A stretch of DNA of 64,000 nucleotides from a virus (IMGVR_UViG_3300035438_000194:1-64000), one strand, 5' to 3'. Positions 45,362 to 56,976 are shown, counted from the stretch's first letter. The notes: generated by a model not told the origin, from the letters alone. Numbers and translations are program-made.

Positions 45362-48300
45362 ATGGCTAAAAATATGCAAGGCGGCATCAGCGCTGAAACA
45401 GATGTTTTTAATAAAGGTCTGGTTAAAGATTTTGATGATGTTTATAATCCTGAAGGAGCGTGGTCTCATGCCCGCAATGCTGTTAACAATAGTGTAACGG
45501 GTAAGATTGGTGTGCTTGGTAATGAACCTGCAAATGGTTTCTGCACACAAGCCCCCTACACGGTAATTGGTGCAATCAACCTAACATTAGATAAGTGGAT
45601 TATATATTCTACTGATGATACTAATAGTGAGATTGGATACTTTGAAGAAGATGCTTGTGCATATACAACTATAGTAAATGATCCTTGCTTAGGTTTTAAA
45701 AAGACCAACTTAATTAGTGGTATTTCAAAGGAGAACTTTGATTGCTCTTGGCAAGTATACTGGGCAGATGGTTTGAATCCAGATAGAACTCTTAATGTAG
45801 GAAACTATCTTAATGCTCCTTTCACACAACCTTGGCCAGGTGTACCCTATGTATGTAGAGATACTTTAAGCGGACCGTGTGAGAACTGTGAGCCTATCTT
45901 ACCATTACAGTTAGACTGTGATAAGATAAGACTATCTAAGTTAATGAGCACACCTTGTGTGACTGTAAGTAAAGGTTCTTCAGGTGGTACACTTCAGAAT
46001 GGATCCTATTATGCAATTATTGCATATTCCGTTAACCAGCAAAAGGTAACTGATTACTTTACACCTAGTAACGTACAAGCGTTATTTGAGCATGATAACT
46101 TATCAGGATCTTTATTGATCACTGTTACAAATGCGGAAACTGAAGTATTTGATGAGTTTGAATTGACTATAGTAAGAACTATTAATCAACAAACTAGTGC
46201 TAAGAAGATTGGGTACTACAATACTAATGGTGTTGTAGAGATCCCGTTAGATTATATTAATGAGGCACTTGTAACAGTTCCTATTGAGACTATTCCTATC
46301 AGAACTCCTGAGTATGAAAAGTCTGAGGCTATTTATAGAAATGGAACATATGCATTGCGTGTGGCTCCTACTAGTAAGTTTGACTTTAACTACCAACCAT
46401 TAGCTAATCAGATTGAAGCTGAATGGGTTATGGTAGAACAACCATATAACTACTATGCAAAAGGTGGTAATGAAACAGGGTACATGCGTGATGAACAGTA
46501 TGCATTCTGGATCAGATGGGTCTATAATACAGGAGAGAAATCTAGCTCTTACCATATCCCAGGTAGGCCTAAGCAAGTAGGACTTGAGATTGATAACGCA
46601 GGATTGGATCTACCAACTCCTGGTTTGGGTTCTGCAGACAATATTGAACTAGCTCAGTTTAATGATGAGGGTGGTGTGTATCAGGCCCCTAAGTTATGGG
46701 AGATGATAAATACTGCTTATGCAACAACATCTAACTTACCTACTGATGCTGCACCTGTAGTTTCAGGTCAAGTTGTAGCACGCGGTAAAATGGGTTACTG
46801 GGAATCAACAGAAACATATCCTGCTGATAATCATGAAGTATGGGATGCAAGTGCTCACACTTGGTCTAATACTGGTATGAGTTATCATGACTTATGCGGT
46901 AAGCCTATCAGACATCATAAGATGCCAGCTGACATAGTTAATACTACATCTAACAGTGATGGTAGTGTATCTAACTACTCGCGCGTGCGTACAGACGGAG
47001 CTGTTCCAAAAGCAATTAGAATACTAGGAACATCCTTTAGTAATATCAGACCTCCTGTAGATAACAACGGTGTGTTGATACCAGGTATTGTGGGATATGA
47101 AATACTTAGAAGTTCTCGTGAGGGAAACAAATCTGTAGTAGCAAAAGGTATTATTAATAACATGCGTTCTTATCAGAATGCGGATAATGATAAAATATAC
47201 TACCAGAACTATCCATATAATCCACTAGGTACTGACTACAGTTTAACAACAAAACCTTGGACGGATACTGATGGTTGGAATGATGATAAGAACTTACTTA
47301 AGTCTTATAGTAAATCATTATTTACTTTTCACTCGCCTGATACTCAGTTTAAGAATCCGTTCTTATCTGCACAAGAGTTAAGACTCTATGGTGAGGTTGG
47401 ATCTGAGAATAATGTTAGTGGTAACTTTCAAAAGGTTAATGAGCATCCTAAAGAAAAGCTACCAACTAATATTGCGTTTGCCGTATCAATGGCTGTAGGT
47501 ATAGCCCTTGCTGGTAAAGCTGTGCAAGGTAAAGAAACAAGAGCTATTGAATTACCTAGAATTTTTAATGCTGGTGTTAATGGTACAGCTGGAGTTTCTA
47601 CAGGTAGTGCTGTAATAGTAAATCCTATTACAGGTTCAAATACATCTGAGGCTACTTATCAAGAAACAGCTTCATCCACTATTAATACAGCAGCCGTTGC
47701 TGTTGGATTACCTAGTGCAATAAATGTTTTAAATGCAAGTGCAGAAACTATGAACGCTACGCTTGTGGGCGTTCCTACAGTAGGTGGCGGTATAGGTGGT
47801 GCAAAAAATAATACTATTGAGAAAAGTGATACTGAGTATATGCCTGCCGGTGTAAAAATCTTTGGTGGTATTATAACTTATGCTCAGTATATGGTGCAAG
47901 GAGCTGATGCTACTTTGGATATTATAAGAGGTTTTTCTAAGTACCAGCAGTTTGCAGTATCTTATATATCACATGGTGATATGCATAAGCACAACATAGG
48001 TAACGCTAAACATACTACAGGTACTTCTAGACGTTATATAAGAAACTCTAATTATTTAGATAATCAGTTACAACAGTTTGGTGAACTTACAATTAATAAC
48101 GCATACAGAGGTAGAGCTGTTGTTGTAGATTTAGTTAAAGCAAACGGTGGTGGTATAATAGAAGGTGATATTAATAACCCTTCTCAAACAGATAACACTG
48201 CACAAATTATAAGTACTGCTATGACCAGCGGATTGCTTACTTATAATCCAAACAAACCAATGGATGGTGATAATAATGCTCAACATCACTTTGATACATT

Positions 48301-50506
48301 TAATACAACAGCAATTTCCTACTATGCTGGTATGAAGATTAGACTTCGTAACCAGTATGGTCAGTTAGATTCTATTAGACAGCTTACAACTGGTTGTTAC
48401 AATCCTGTAAGAAATGTAACATTAGGATCAAGATTTACATCAGCTGTTACATTTGGTGGAGATGTTTATATAGGAAGATATACTGAGAAAAATACTTTCT
48501 TTTATTTCTATGACTGGATGGTAAATCAACCTGATGGGACTGAGTTTGATTATAGACTTAGATCAATGATTAACAATCCTAGATTCTGGGCTGACTTTAC
48601 TAAGTTTGACACCAACCAGTTTATACAGAATGTAATAGGAAGTATTATAAGTTTACCACCACAACTAGGAAACTTAATATCAGATGGTATTCCATCAGCC
48701 CTTAGCAATCTTGATTTAACCATTGGTACAAATACTATTAATGGAGGAGGTATTTCTTTTGGGGATATGGCTCAATCAATTGCTGCTTTCTTCAGGTTAA
48801 TGAAGAAGAACTGTTACTTCTACTTATTCCAATCAGGTGTAAGAGACTTCTTTGTTGAGTCTGAAATAAATGTAGATCTAAGAGACTGGGGAACACAACC
48901 AAGTGAATGGCACTATGATCCATACAGAAGAACAGACCTTCAACAATTATTTAATATTGATATTATTAAGTCTGGTAACTACTTTAAGTATGACCTTTCA
49001 TTAAGTGTATCTAGAATATTTAACAACTTCATTTCATGGGGTAACATGCAGCCTAGATATTATAATCCGTATATTGCTGAGACATGTTATACACATTATA
49101 AGAATAGAATTGTATATTCATTACCGCAAACACAAGATGCTATAAGAGACTCATGGAAAGTTTATCTAGCTAATAACTATAAAGATTTTACATCACGAGT
49201 TACTGCAGTTAAACCTATTGGTAAGACCGGAGCTTTAATATTATTTGATAGAGACTCTCCTGTGCAATTCTTAAGTAGTGAATCAATGGAGTTAGACTTG
49301 GGAACTAAGATAACTATTGGTGACGGTAGTTTATTCTCTCAAGCAATGCAGAACTTATCTAACTCTGATCCTGAATACCAACATGGTTCTTGTCAGAATA
49401 GATTATCTGTAATTAATACCCCAGCTGGTATATACTTTATGAGTCAGTCCCAGGGTAAGATCTTTGCTGTTACGGGAGAAGGTTTGCAAGAAATATCAGC
49501 AGCAGGAATGCGTTGGTGGTTTAATAAGTATTTACCATATACTTTATTAGAAGACTATCCTAACTTTGAGTTAGTGGATAACCCGGTTGTAGGTATTGGT
49601 TGTCAGTCTACATTTGATAATACTAATATCTTATTGTATTTCTGTAAGAAAGACTATAGAGTTAGACCGGAGTATAAAGATAGAATCACATACGGTAGAG
49701 CAAAGGACCCACGTTACTTTACTTTAGACGGTCTTCACAATATCATATTAGGTGATCCTATATATTTTGAGGATACATCTTGGACTATTAGTTATGACCC
49801 TAAAGCGCAAGCATGGATATCATTCCATGACTGGCACCCAGAGTTAGCTATTGCAAGTAAAACAAACTTCTTAACTACTCAGACCGGCCTTCTTGGGGAA
49901 GGTAAGATATGGAGACATAACCAAAGAACTGATGCATTTGCAAACTACTATGGTCAAGACTACCCATTTGAAATTGAGTTTATTAGTAATACAGGACAAC
50001 AGGTAAACACACTTAAGAGTATTGAGTACCAGTTAGAGTGTTACACATACCGCACAGATGGGTTAGATACATACCATGTGCTCGATCACAACTTTGATCA
50101 TGCTGTAATATCCAACACTGAACAAGTTTCTGGTTTACTTAACTTGAATATTATGCCTAAGAACAATGCACCAGCATTGGTAAACTATCCTGTAGTAAAC
50201 TTAGGTAGCATTGATATTCTTTATAGTAAAGTAGAACAGAAATATAGATTCAATCAATTCTGGGATATTACTAGAGACCGTGGTGAGTATACTTACCCTA
50301 ACGTTCAACAACCTATTTGGAATACAGAACTAAATGGTTATATTAGAACACTGAATCCTAACAACTTGAACTATCAGAAACCTGCATTCCAGCATAAGAA
50401 GTTTAGACACTACACATCTTATGTACTGTTATACAGAAATGTATCAGGACCTGTGAAAATGTTGTTCAGGTTATCTACTAATAAGAATCTTAACTCACCT
50501 AGATAA
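45362..50506 (+). CDS. Tail stabilisation/nozzle protein (P22 gp10-like)
   Basis: 1714 aa; YMRDEQYAF, WTISY..WISFHDW; crAss-like order. Confidence 0.75.
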   Translation: MAKNMQGGISAETDVFNKGLVKDFDDVYNPEGAWSHARNAVNNSVTGKIGVLGNEPANGFCTQAPYTVIGAINLTLDKWIIYSTDDTNSEIGYFEEDACAYTTIVNDPCLGFKKTNLISGISKENFDCSWQVYWADGLNPDRTLNVGNYLNAPFTQPWPGVPYVCRDTLSGPCENCEPILPLQLDCDKIRLSKLMSTPCVTVSKGSSGGTLQNGSYYAIIAYSVNQQKVTDYFTPSNVQALFEHDNLSGSLLITVTNAETEVFDEFELTIVRTINQQTSAKKIGYYNTNGVVEIPLDYINEALVTVPIETIPIRTPEYEKSEAIYRNGTYALRVAPTSKFDFNYQPLANQIEAEWVMVEQPYNYYAKGGNETGYMRDEQYAFWIRWVYNTGEKSSSYHIPGRPKQVGLEIDNAGLDLPTPGLGSADNIELAQFNDEGGVYQAPKLWEMINTAYATTSNLPTDAAPVVSGQVVARGKMGYWESTETYPADNHEVWDASAHTWSNTGMSYHDLCGKPIRHHKMPADIVNTTSNSDGSVSNYSRVRTDGAVPKAIRILGTSFSNIRPPVDNNGVLIPGIVGYEILRSSREGNKSVVAKGIINNMRSYQNADNDKIYYQNYPYNPLGTDYSLTTKPWTDTDGWNDDKNLLKSYSKSLFTFHSPDTQFKNPFLSAQELRLYGEVGSENNVSGNFQKVNEHPKEKLPTNIAFAVSMAVGIALAGKAVQGKETRAIELPRIFNAGVNGTAGVSTGSAVIVNPITGSNTSEATYQETASSTINTAAVAVGLPSAINVLNASAETMNATLVGVPTVGGGIGGAKNNTIEKSDTEYMPAGVKIFGGIITYAQYMVQGADATLDIIRGFSKYQQFAVSYISHGDMHKHNIGNAKHTTGTSRRYIRNSNYLDNQLQQFGELTINNAYRGRAVVVDLVKANGGGIIEGDINNPSQTDNTAQIISTAMTSGLLTYNPNKPMDGDNNAQHHFDTFNTTAISYYAGMKIRLRNQYGQLDSIRQLTTGCYNPVRNVTLGSRFTSAVTFGGDVYIGRYTEKNTFFYFYDWMVNQPDGTEFDYRLRSMINNPRFWADFTKFDTNQFIQNVIGSIISLPPQLGNLISDGIPSALSNLDLTIGTNTINGGGISFGDMAQSIAAFFRLMKKNCYFYLFQSGVRDFFVESEINVDLRDWGTQPSEWHYDPYRRTDLQQLFNIDIIKSGNYFKYDLSLSVSRIFNNFISWGNMQPRYYNPYIAETCYTHYKNRIVYSLPQTQDAIRDSWKVYLANNYKDFTSRVTAVKPIGKTGALILFDRDSPVQFLSSESMELDLGTKITIGDGSLFSQAMQNLSNSDPEYQHGSCQNRLSVINTPAGIYFMSQSQGKIFAVTGEGLQEISAAGMRWWFNKYLPYTLLEDYPNFELVDNPVVGIGCQSTFDNTNILLYFCKKDYRVRPEYKDRITYGRAKDPRYFTLDGLHNIILGDPIYFEDTSWTISYDPKAQAWISFHDWHPELAIASKTNFLTTQTGLLGEGKIWRHNQRTDAFANYYGQDYPFEIEFISNTGQQVNTLKSIEYQLECYTYRTDGLDTYHVLDHNFDHAVISNTEQVSGLLNLNIMPKNNAPALVNYPVVNLGSIDILYSKVEQKYRFNQFWDITRDRGEYTYPNVQQPIWNTELNGYIRTLNPNNLNYQKPAFQHKKFRHYTSYVLLYRNVSGPVKMLFRLSTNKNLNSPR

Positions 50507-51699
50507 TGAAAGGTAACGTTACCAAAACAGGATACTGGCCAGATAGTCCAGACAGAAATAATGACTTTAATATCATACCCTCCAATGAAATAACAATGGA
50601 GGGTATGGACATGCCTTTAATGGGTGTAAGTAATACAGGTGATAAGAAGCTTATGCTTCCCGGTAAAAATTATAAATTCAAAGGTGAATCAGTTATGGAG
50701 ACTCCTCTAGACAAAGGTATATTCCTAGGTGCTTACAAACAAGTTGGTGGTCAACTAGTACCACATGATATATCAGTACCTAATCTTAGTAGACAGCAAG
50801 GTGGTTCTAATTTTAAAACTAAATTGAATCCTCAAGAGGAACAACAGTTTAAACAGTTTTACCAAACACTTCCTGGTAACCTAAGAGAGGATGATGCTAG
50901 CTATGATACACGTGGTTATTGGGATGCATCAGGAAGACCTTCAGAGTTTGATTACTCACAGCCTACAGATGAAGATGGTTATTACCATGCGTTTAGTAGA
51001 CATCCTGAAACCGGTAAGATATTAAAGTCACCAGGACATCCTACATTCAAGTATGCTGTAGATAAGACACCTATTGATGGTAACACTTATATACCTACCG
51101 TAGGAGTTGACGGTAATGTTTATATGAGAGATCTTAATCAAGATGCTGAAAGTCTACAAAGACAGAAGGGAGGTCCTGCTAAAAGATTTAATACAAATCT
51201 TAGGGGTGCTGAACTTGAAGCATTTAATCAACATGCTCAACAATTTCCATCATTAACAACAGATACTGGAGATTACGATACACAAGGTTTTTATAAAGAA
51301 GTTTATAATAAGAACAATGGTGACATGAATGCAATTACTGCAGCATTAACCCCGGGTTCTCCAACAGCGCATGTTGGTAATGATAGGTATAAGAAACCTA
51401 ATCATCCTACTTTCTCTAAAGAATCAAAGTATCATATACCTGTCTTAAGACCTGCTGGTGAATGGGGACATAATGAAGAGGGTGATTATGATTACTTCAA
51501 TGCCTCTAGACGTAATATTAAAAACATGACTAAGTCTGATGGGTCTCCTTTAGATTATTTTAAAAGAGCGGAAGATTATAATCAAGATGGTACACCCGAT
51601 GTCAAGTTGTTTTATAAAGGACAACCCGTGTTTAAAGAAGGAGGATCAGTAAAGAAGGTTAAGATAAAGTCACTACCTAAGAATTGGAAAACCCAGTAA
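50506..51699 (+). CDS. Virion protein with an internally duplicated YDTxG...HPTF domain
   Basis: Two related segments separated by xxGG motifs. Confidence 0.6.
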   Translation: MKGNVTKTGYWPDSPDRNNDFNIIPSNEITMEGMDMPLMGVSNTGDKKLMLPGKNYKFKGESVMETPLDKGIFLGAYKQVGGQLVPHDISVPNLSRQQGGSNFKTKLNPQEEQQFKQFYQTLPGNLREDDASYDTRGYWDASGRPSEFDYSQPTDEDGYYHAFSRHPETGKILKSPGHPTFKYAVDKTPIDGNTYIPTVGVDGNVYMRDLNQDAESLQRQKGGPAKRFNTNLRGAELEAFNQHAQQFPSLTTDTGDYDTQGFYKEVYNKNNGDMNAITAALTPGSPTAHVGNDRYKKPNHPTFSKESKYHIPVLRPAGEWGHNEEGDYDYFNASRRNIKNMTKSDGSPLDYFKRAEDYNQDGTPDVKLFYKGQPVFKEGGSVKKVKIKSLPKNWKTQ

Positions 51700-51738
51700 A
51701 AATCAGTATCTTATAAATAATTAGTATATTAGCAAATT

Positions 51739-54294
51739 ATGGATAATAACTATCTTTTTTTAGCAATGCAAACCGGAGGTCAGTTATCTCCTGAGCAATT
51801 GCAACGTGCCCAACAGATGGGTCAATTACCCCAAATGAATATGGGTGCAGGTCTTAATGATATTCAGAAAAAGAATATGGCAGAGGCTCAACATTACAAT
51901 ATGTTTAGAAAGGGCGGTGTACCTAAGAGGTATGCTGAAGGTGGAGAACAAGAAGAGATTGATCAGCAATATATGTCTCCATATACACAATATAATCAGC
52001 GTGTATCTGATTTCTTACAGAATCTTAGAGCTACATCAATGAATGCATTGCAAGATGAGATGGTTGGTGTTAATGATGAGTATGCTGAAGAAGCTGATCA
52101 GATTGAGATGGAACAAGCTCAGTATGGTAGACAAGTATCACAATCTACAGTAAACCCTCAGGGTATGGCTGCGGTTAATGCTTGGACTCAAGCTGCTCAA
52201 AATACAAAAGATTTAACTAAACCTCTTGCTCAAACAGCAGGACTAATGTCTGGTCTTAAAGGATACTTTGGAGATAAAGCGTCTTATGAGGCTAACCCTT
52301 ATAATGCTGCATGGAATCCTACAAGACTTACTATGACTAATGTAGGCACCGGTGAGAAGACTGTGACCCGTGCTGGACGTGATGGATTCTTTTCACAACC
52401 TGCACCAACAGGTACTCAAGCACCTGCAAATACAAATACTGAAGAATGTACCCCAGGTATGAATTGTTTTGAATATGGTGGACAATACTTTCAAATAGGT
52501 GGTTCAAACTGGGAACAACAATTGTTTCAAGGTACACCTATGGCTCCACAACAAGCTCAACCACAACGTGGAACAGGTGACATGTTAAGAGTGCAGCCAC
52601 AAGGATCTCAGTATAGTGCAGAAGCTATAGCAAATGCAAGAGCTATGGGATGGGGTGATGATGTAGCTGGTTATGCTAATTCTGGATGGGGAGTGAATCC
52701 GGCAAGTCTACCAAAAACTACTAAAAAGAAATCGGGTACTAAAACTACTCCTGCGGCTACTACAACTACAACTGCACCAGCTGCAACTACAGACGCTACT
52801 AAAAAAGCTGAAGAGGAAAAGAAAAAAGCTGATGAAGCTAAAAAGGCTGAAGAAGATAAGAAGGCTAAAGAAGAAGGTAAGACTACAACTACTGAAGAAA
52901 AGCCTAAGGAGGAACAAAAGAAAACAGGTGAAGTAGATTACTTAGCAATGTTAGCAGATCCAACTGGTCAGAATGCTGGGGGAGTGTATAGAACTGATAA
53001 GAATGGTAATCCTGTTCCTATGGCTTTCTATGATCCAAACATGCGTTTGACAGGAATGGATGCTACATATAGAAACAATGCTGCGTCATGGTTTAGAAAG
53101 AATAAGAAACCTGGGCAGATGAAGTCTGTATCATTTGACTTTGCATCAGGAACACCTTATACAGTTCCTGGTACACAAACTCCTGCTGCAAATACAACAG
53201 CACCAACTGTTGCAAATAATGCAACAACTCCACAACCTGGAACTACAACAACTCCAGCTAGTAATCAATCAGCACCAGCTGCTCAACCAGTACCTAACCA
53301 AACTAGTAGATTTTTCCCACAGGCTCCACAGCCTACAACAACATATCCAGGAGGACCATTTCCTGCTGGTAATGTAAGTGATGCTAACTTTATAGATGAG
53401 CAATGGAAAGAAGCTGCTGCTAACTGGCGTCCTGGTATGCAATGGAATGGTCCGCAAAATATGCTACCGTCATCTATTAGACAGACTCCAAAAGTAGCAC
53501 CAGGATCAGCAACTCAAAGTATGATTGCTCCTAGTATTACACCAGGTATGCAGAATGTATTTCCTTACGCTCCTGCAACAGGTCCTGTACAACCTCAAGT
53601 TCAACCACAAGCTCCTGCTCCTCTTTCAGGAAGAGAACAAAGACAGCAAATAAGACAAACTGGTAGAGAGAACAGACGCAACTCAATTGAAGAAGCTAAT
53701 AGAAGAGCAGCTGAAGAAATTCAAAAAGCTATACAAGGTTATGCTTATGGAGGTCAGTACTTTCAAATAGGTGGTGAAGAAGAAGGTATTGGAGTTTTAG
53801 CAAATCCTGTAGCACCAGAAACTAATACCAATTTCTTTGAGACTGGTTTATTACCTAAAGCAGAAGAATCAAACTATATGTCTCCAGCTTTACCAGGTGA
53901 AACTGTTATAGAACAAGACAAGATGTTTAGAGCCACTTATGATAAGAATAAGAAGAGTAATCCATTCTTTGCTCCAGCTATGTTAGCTGGTCTTAATCTA
54001 GTAGCAGGTGCTGCTGAAAATATGGATGCTAAAAAGAAAGAAAAAGAAGCAAGAGGTAAGTTTTCATATGATCAAATCTATACTGCTAACCCTGAGACAT
54101 CAGGTAGCAGAGGTGACTGGACAGTCAATGAAGGTTACAAGAGACCTAATGATACGGTAGCAACTCAGTTTACTGGAGCTGGTAGACAAATGCAATGGGG
54201 TGGAGCTTATGCTGAAGGTGATGAACTATACTTAGATGAAGATGCAATCCAAGCATTCTTAGCAGCAGGTGGTCAGTTAGATTATTTAGATTAA
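51739..54294 (+). CDS. Low-complexity internal/ejected virion protein
   Basis: 851 aa Q/P/T-rich, many xxGG motifs. Confidence 0.65.
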   Translation: MDNNYLFLAMQTGGQLSPEQLQRAQQMGQLPQMNMGAGLNDIQKKNMAEAQHYNMFRKGGVPKRYAEGGEQEEIDQQYMSPYTQYNQRVSDFLQNLRATSMNALQDEMVGVNDEYAEEADQIEMEQAQYGRQVSQSTVNPQGMAAVNAWTQAAQNTKDLTKPLAQTAGLMSGLKGYFGDKASYEANPYNAAWNPTRLTMTNVGTGEKTVTRAGRDGFFSQPAPTGTQAPANTNTEECTPGMNCFEYGGQYFQIGGSNWEQQLFQGTPMAPQQAQPQRGTGDMLRVQPQGSQYSAEAIANARAMGWGDDVAGYANSGWGVNPASLPKTTKKKSGTKTTPAATTTTTAPAATTDATKKAEEEKKKADEAKKAEEDKKAKEEGKTTTTEEKPKEEQKKTGEVDYLAMLADPTGQNAGGVYRTDKNGNPVPMAFYDPNMRLTGMDATYRNNAASWFRKNKKPGQMKSVSFDFASGTPYTVPGTQTPAANTTAPTVANNATTPQPGTTTTPASNQSAPAAQPVPNQTSRFFPQAPQPTTTYPGGPFPAGNVSDANFIDEQWKEAAANWRPGMQWNGPQNMLPSSIRQTPKVAPGSATQSMIAPSITPGMQNVFPYAPATGPVQPQVQPQAPAPLSGREQRQQIRQTGRENRRNSIEEANRRAAEEIQKAIQGYAYGGQYFQIGGEEEGIGVLANPVAPETNTNFFETGLLPKAEESNYMSPALPGETVIEQDKMFRATYDKNKKSNPFFAPAMLAGLNLVAGAAENMDAKKKEKEARGKFSYDQIYTANPETSGSRGDWTVNEGYKRPNDTVATQFTGAGRQMQWGGAYAEGDELYLDEDAIQAFLAAGGQLDYLD

Positions 54295-54297
54295 GCT

Positions 54298-56976
54298 ATG
54301 AGAAAAGTAAAAATTACAGGTTTACCAAAAAATGCCAAAGGCGGTACAGCTCCAACAAGTTTGTACAAACAGATAGCGCCTAGCTATATGGCTGACTCTT
54401 TATCTACTAAAGAGTTAAAAAAGAAAACTACCTTAGGACCTGTACCTGAGGGTATGGCTAATCTTGAGGCGGAGAAGGGTGAAACAGCACTTGTTCCAGA
54501 TGTTGATGGTTTACCAGCTCACTACCAGATTGGTGGTAAGCGTCACTCACAAGGTGGTACTCCATTAAACTTACCAGAGAACTCATTTATCTTTAGTGAT
54601 ACATCTTCTATGAAGATTAAAGATCCTAAAGTTCTTGAGGAGTTTGGTATGCCTAAGAAGAAAGGTGGTTATACTCCAGCTGATGTAGCTAAAAGATATG
54701 ATATCAATAAGTACCGCGAGATACTTTCTGATACAACTACAGACAAGATGGCTAAGGAGACAGCTGAGAAGATGATCTCTAACTATAACGTTAAGTTAGC
54801 TAAGCTTGCTTTATATCAAGAATCTAAGAAAGGTTTTCCTGATGGTATTCCTACAGTAGCATTACCATACTTAGCAATGAATGCTGTTCAACCTCAGGAT
54901 ATATTACCTCTAAAAGAGGCTCAGACTCCCGCAATGCAAGGAGCTGAAGCTGAAGTTGAAGCTGCAAGTAATCCTACTGAGGCACAATTTGAAGCACAGC
55001 AAACTGAACCAATGGCTCGCTATGGTGGTGTTGCTAATAAGATTAAAGGTAACCCTTTGCTTAAGAAAGTATACGCTAAGTTAGGTGGATCTAAAAACAG
55101 ATTCAAACCTGAGACTGGTATATATATGACTATGGCTGAAGGGGGTCCTGTATTTACTGATGGTAATGGTGTACAGTATTCTAAGAATACAAGTGACATT
55201 GATATTCCAGCTATGTTTGGATATGGTGGTCAAGCAATGTATCAGAAAGGTGGTGATGTACCAAACACTCCTGTAGATGCTTCTAAACCAGCTGATAATA
55301 AAATACCAGAGGGTAAGATTAAAAAGATTGATGATCCTTCACTAGCTGTAGGTGATTACTATAAAGATGCTGAAGGTAAAGTTAGAAAGGTAACTAAGAT
55401 TAAGGCTACTGATAAAGTAGTAAACAAGTCTGTATCTGGTAAAGAGAACTACAAGCCTAAGTATGGTTCTGTAGAAGAAGATGTAAAGAAAGCTGAAGAG
55501 ATCATGAAAGGTCTTGAAGCTAAAGGTTACGCTAAGAAAGGTGATACAGGATGGATTGTATATAGAGGTGCTGCTAAAGCATTGAACCTACAAGATAAAG
55601 ACTTCTTAACTGGACTATCTTCTTATAACAAAGGAGAAGACGGTAAGTCACTTGGTGCCCCAGGATTTAAAATTGCTAAGCAATCCTCATATGAGGACAA
55701 GACTATGAAGAAAAGAGTTAGTGATGGCTTCTATGGCTATGCTGACCCAAGCATGGTTGAGTTACGTTACTGGCAGGCAAGAAATCCAAATGCTCCTATA
55801 GAAGAGTTTGATAAACTTGATGATAAAGCTAAGGTTCAGAACCGTAAGGAAATGCTTAAGTTTTATAACTACTCAGATGATGAGATTAACAAACTAGGTG
55901 ATGCTATCAATGACCCTGCTAAGTTATATACCAAAGACTTTGTATCTAATAAAGAAAAAGGTTTAGTAAAGAGAAACCAACAGAAGTTTGAGACTTCAGG
56001 TTATCGTTCTCAATTAGGAGATGACTTTATGTTTGGTCTTGAGCATATGGACAAGTACAATATGGAGATGGCTCCAGAAGGTGATCTTGCTGATGCAGAA
56101 GTTACTAAAGAAAAGGATAACAAAGAGATACCAAAAAATGAATCAGAAGATCCAGCAGCTAAGCCTCAGATGGGTCCTGAGTGGTGGTTACAAGATGTAA
56201 TCAAAACTGCAGGAGCTGCTGGTGATATGGCTCGTGTGCAAAAACGTTTACCTTGGGCACCTAAGTTAAACCCTGTATTAATGGATCCTACATTCTATGA
56301 TCCAACTAGAGAGTTAGCTGCTACACAAGAACAGTATAACATAGGTATGCAAGGAGCAACTGCTTATGCACCATCTCAAGCTTTGAATTCTCGTCAGTCT
56401 CAAATGGCTGGTCAAGGAGCTAAAGCTGCAGCAGATATACTAGGTAGATACAACAATATGAATGTAGGTCAAGCTAATCAGTTCTCAGCAACTAAAGCAC
56501 AAGTCCTAAATCAGGCTAATGCAAGCAATGCTGAGATTACTAAAGGATTGTTTGATGCTACTACTATTGCTAATCAGCAGTATGACAACGCTAAGAACCA
56601 AGCTCGCCAAGAATTACGTCAGTCTTACATTGATGCAATTACTAATAAGGAACAAGCATATGCGTTGAACCAACTGTACCCTAACTATCAGATTGATCCT
56701 TCTCAAGGAGGTAGACTTATATTTTCAGGCGGTGATGATCTTACTGGTCAAACTACTGGAGATAACGCTAGTGTTGCAGCATTTAAGAAACTTAAGGATG
56801 ATCCAGCTATGCAAGGTATAGATGATAACACATTGCTTCAGTTGGTTACAGGTAAGGGTTATACTCAACAACCTAAGTCTGAAAGTGACTCATGGTTGGC
56901 AGCAATGCAGAATATAGCTCCGGGTGGTGCAGGATTAGGACCTTACTACCAACAAGGACCAGAGGATCAAGGATAA
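54298..56976 (+). CDS. Internal/ejected virion protein
   Basis: EAEKGE...GKRHSQGG...FIFSD N-terminal domain; N/Q-rich coiled C-terminus. Confidence 0.7.
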   Translation: MRKVKITGLPKNAKGGTAPTSLYKQIAPSYMADSLSTKELKKKTTLGPVPEGMANLEAEKGETALVPDVDGLPAHYQIGGKRHSQGGTPLNLPENSFIFSDTSSMKIKDPKVLEEFGMPKKKGGYTPADVAKRYDINKYREILSDTTTDKMAKETAEKMISNYNVKLAKLALYQESKKGFPDGIPTVALPYLAMNAVQPQDILPLKEAQTPAMQGAEAEVEAASNPTEAQFEAQQTEPMARYGGVANKIKGNPLLKKVYAKLGGSKNRFKPETGIYMTMAEGGPVFTDGNGVQYSKNTSDIDIPAMFGYGGQAMYQKGGDVPNTPVDASKPADNKIPEGKIKKIDDPSLAVGDYYKDAEGKVRKVTKIKATDKVVNKSVSGKENYKPKYGSVEEDVKKAEEIMKGLEAKGYAKKGDTGWIVYRGAAKALNLQDKDFLTGLSSYNKGEDGKSLGAPGFKIAKQSSYEDKTMKKRVSDGFYGYADPSMVELRYWQARNPNAPIEEFDKLDDKAKVQNRKEMLKFYNYSDDEINKLGDAINDPAKLYTKDFVSNKEKGLVKRNQQKFETSGYRSQLGDDFMFGLEHMDKYNMEMAPEGDLADAEVTKEKDNKEIPKNESEDPAAKPQMGPEWWLQDVIKTAGAAGDMARVQKRLPWAPKLNPVLMDPTFYDPTRELAATQEQYNIGMQGATAYAPSQALNSRQSQMAGQGAKAAADILGRYNNMNVGQANQFSATKAQVLNQANASNAEITKGLFDATTIANQQYDNAKNQARQELRQSYIDAITNKEQAYALNQLYPNYQIDPSQGGRLIFSGGDDLTGQTTGDNASVAAFKKLKDDPAMQGIDDNTLLQLVTGKGYTQQPKSESDSWLAAMQNIAPGGAGLGPYYQQGPEDQG

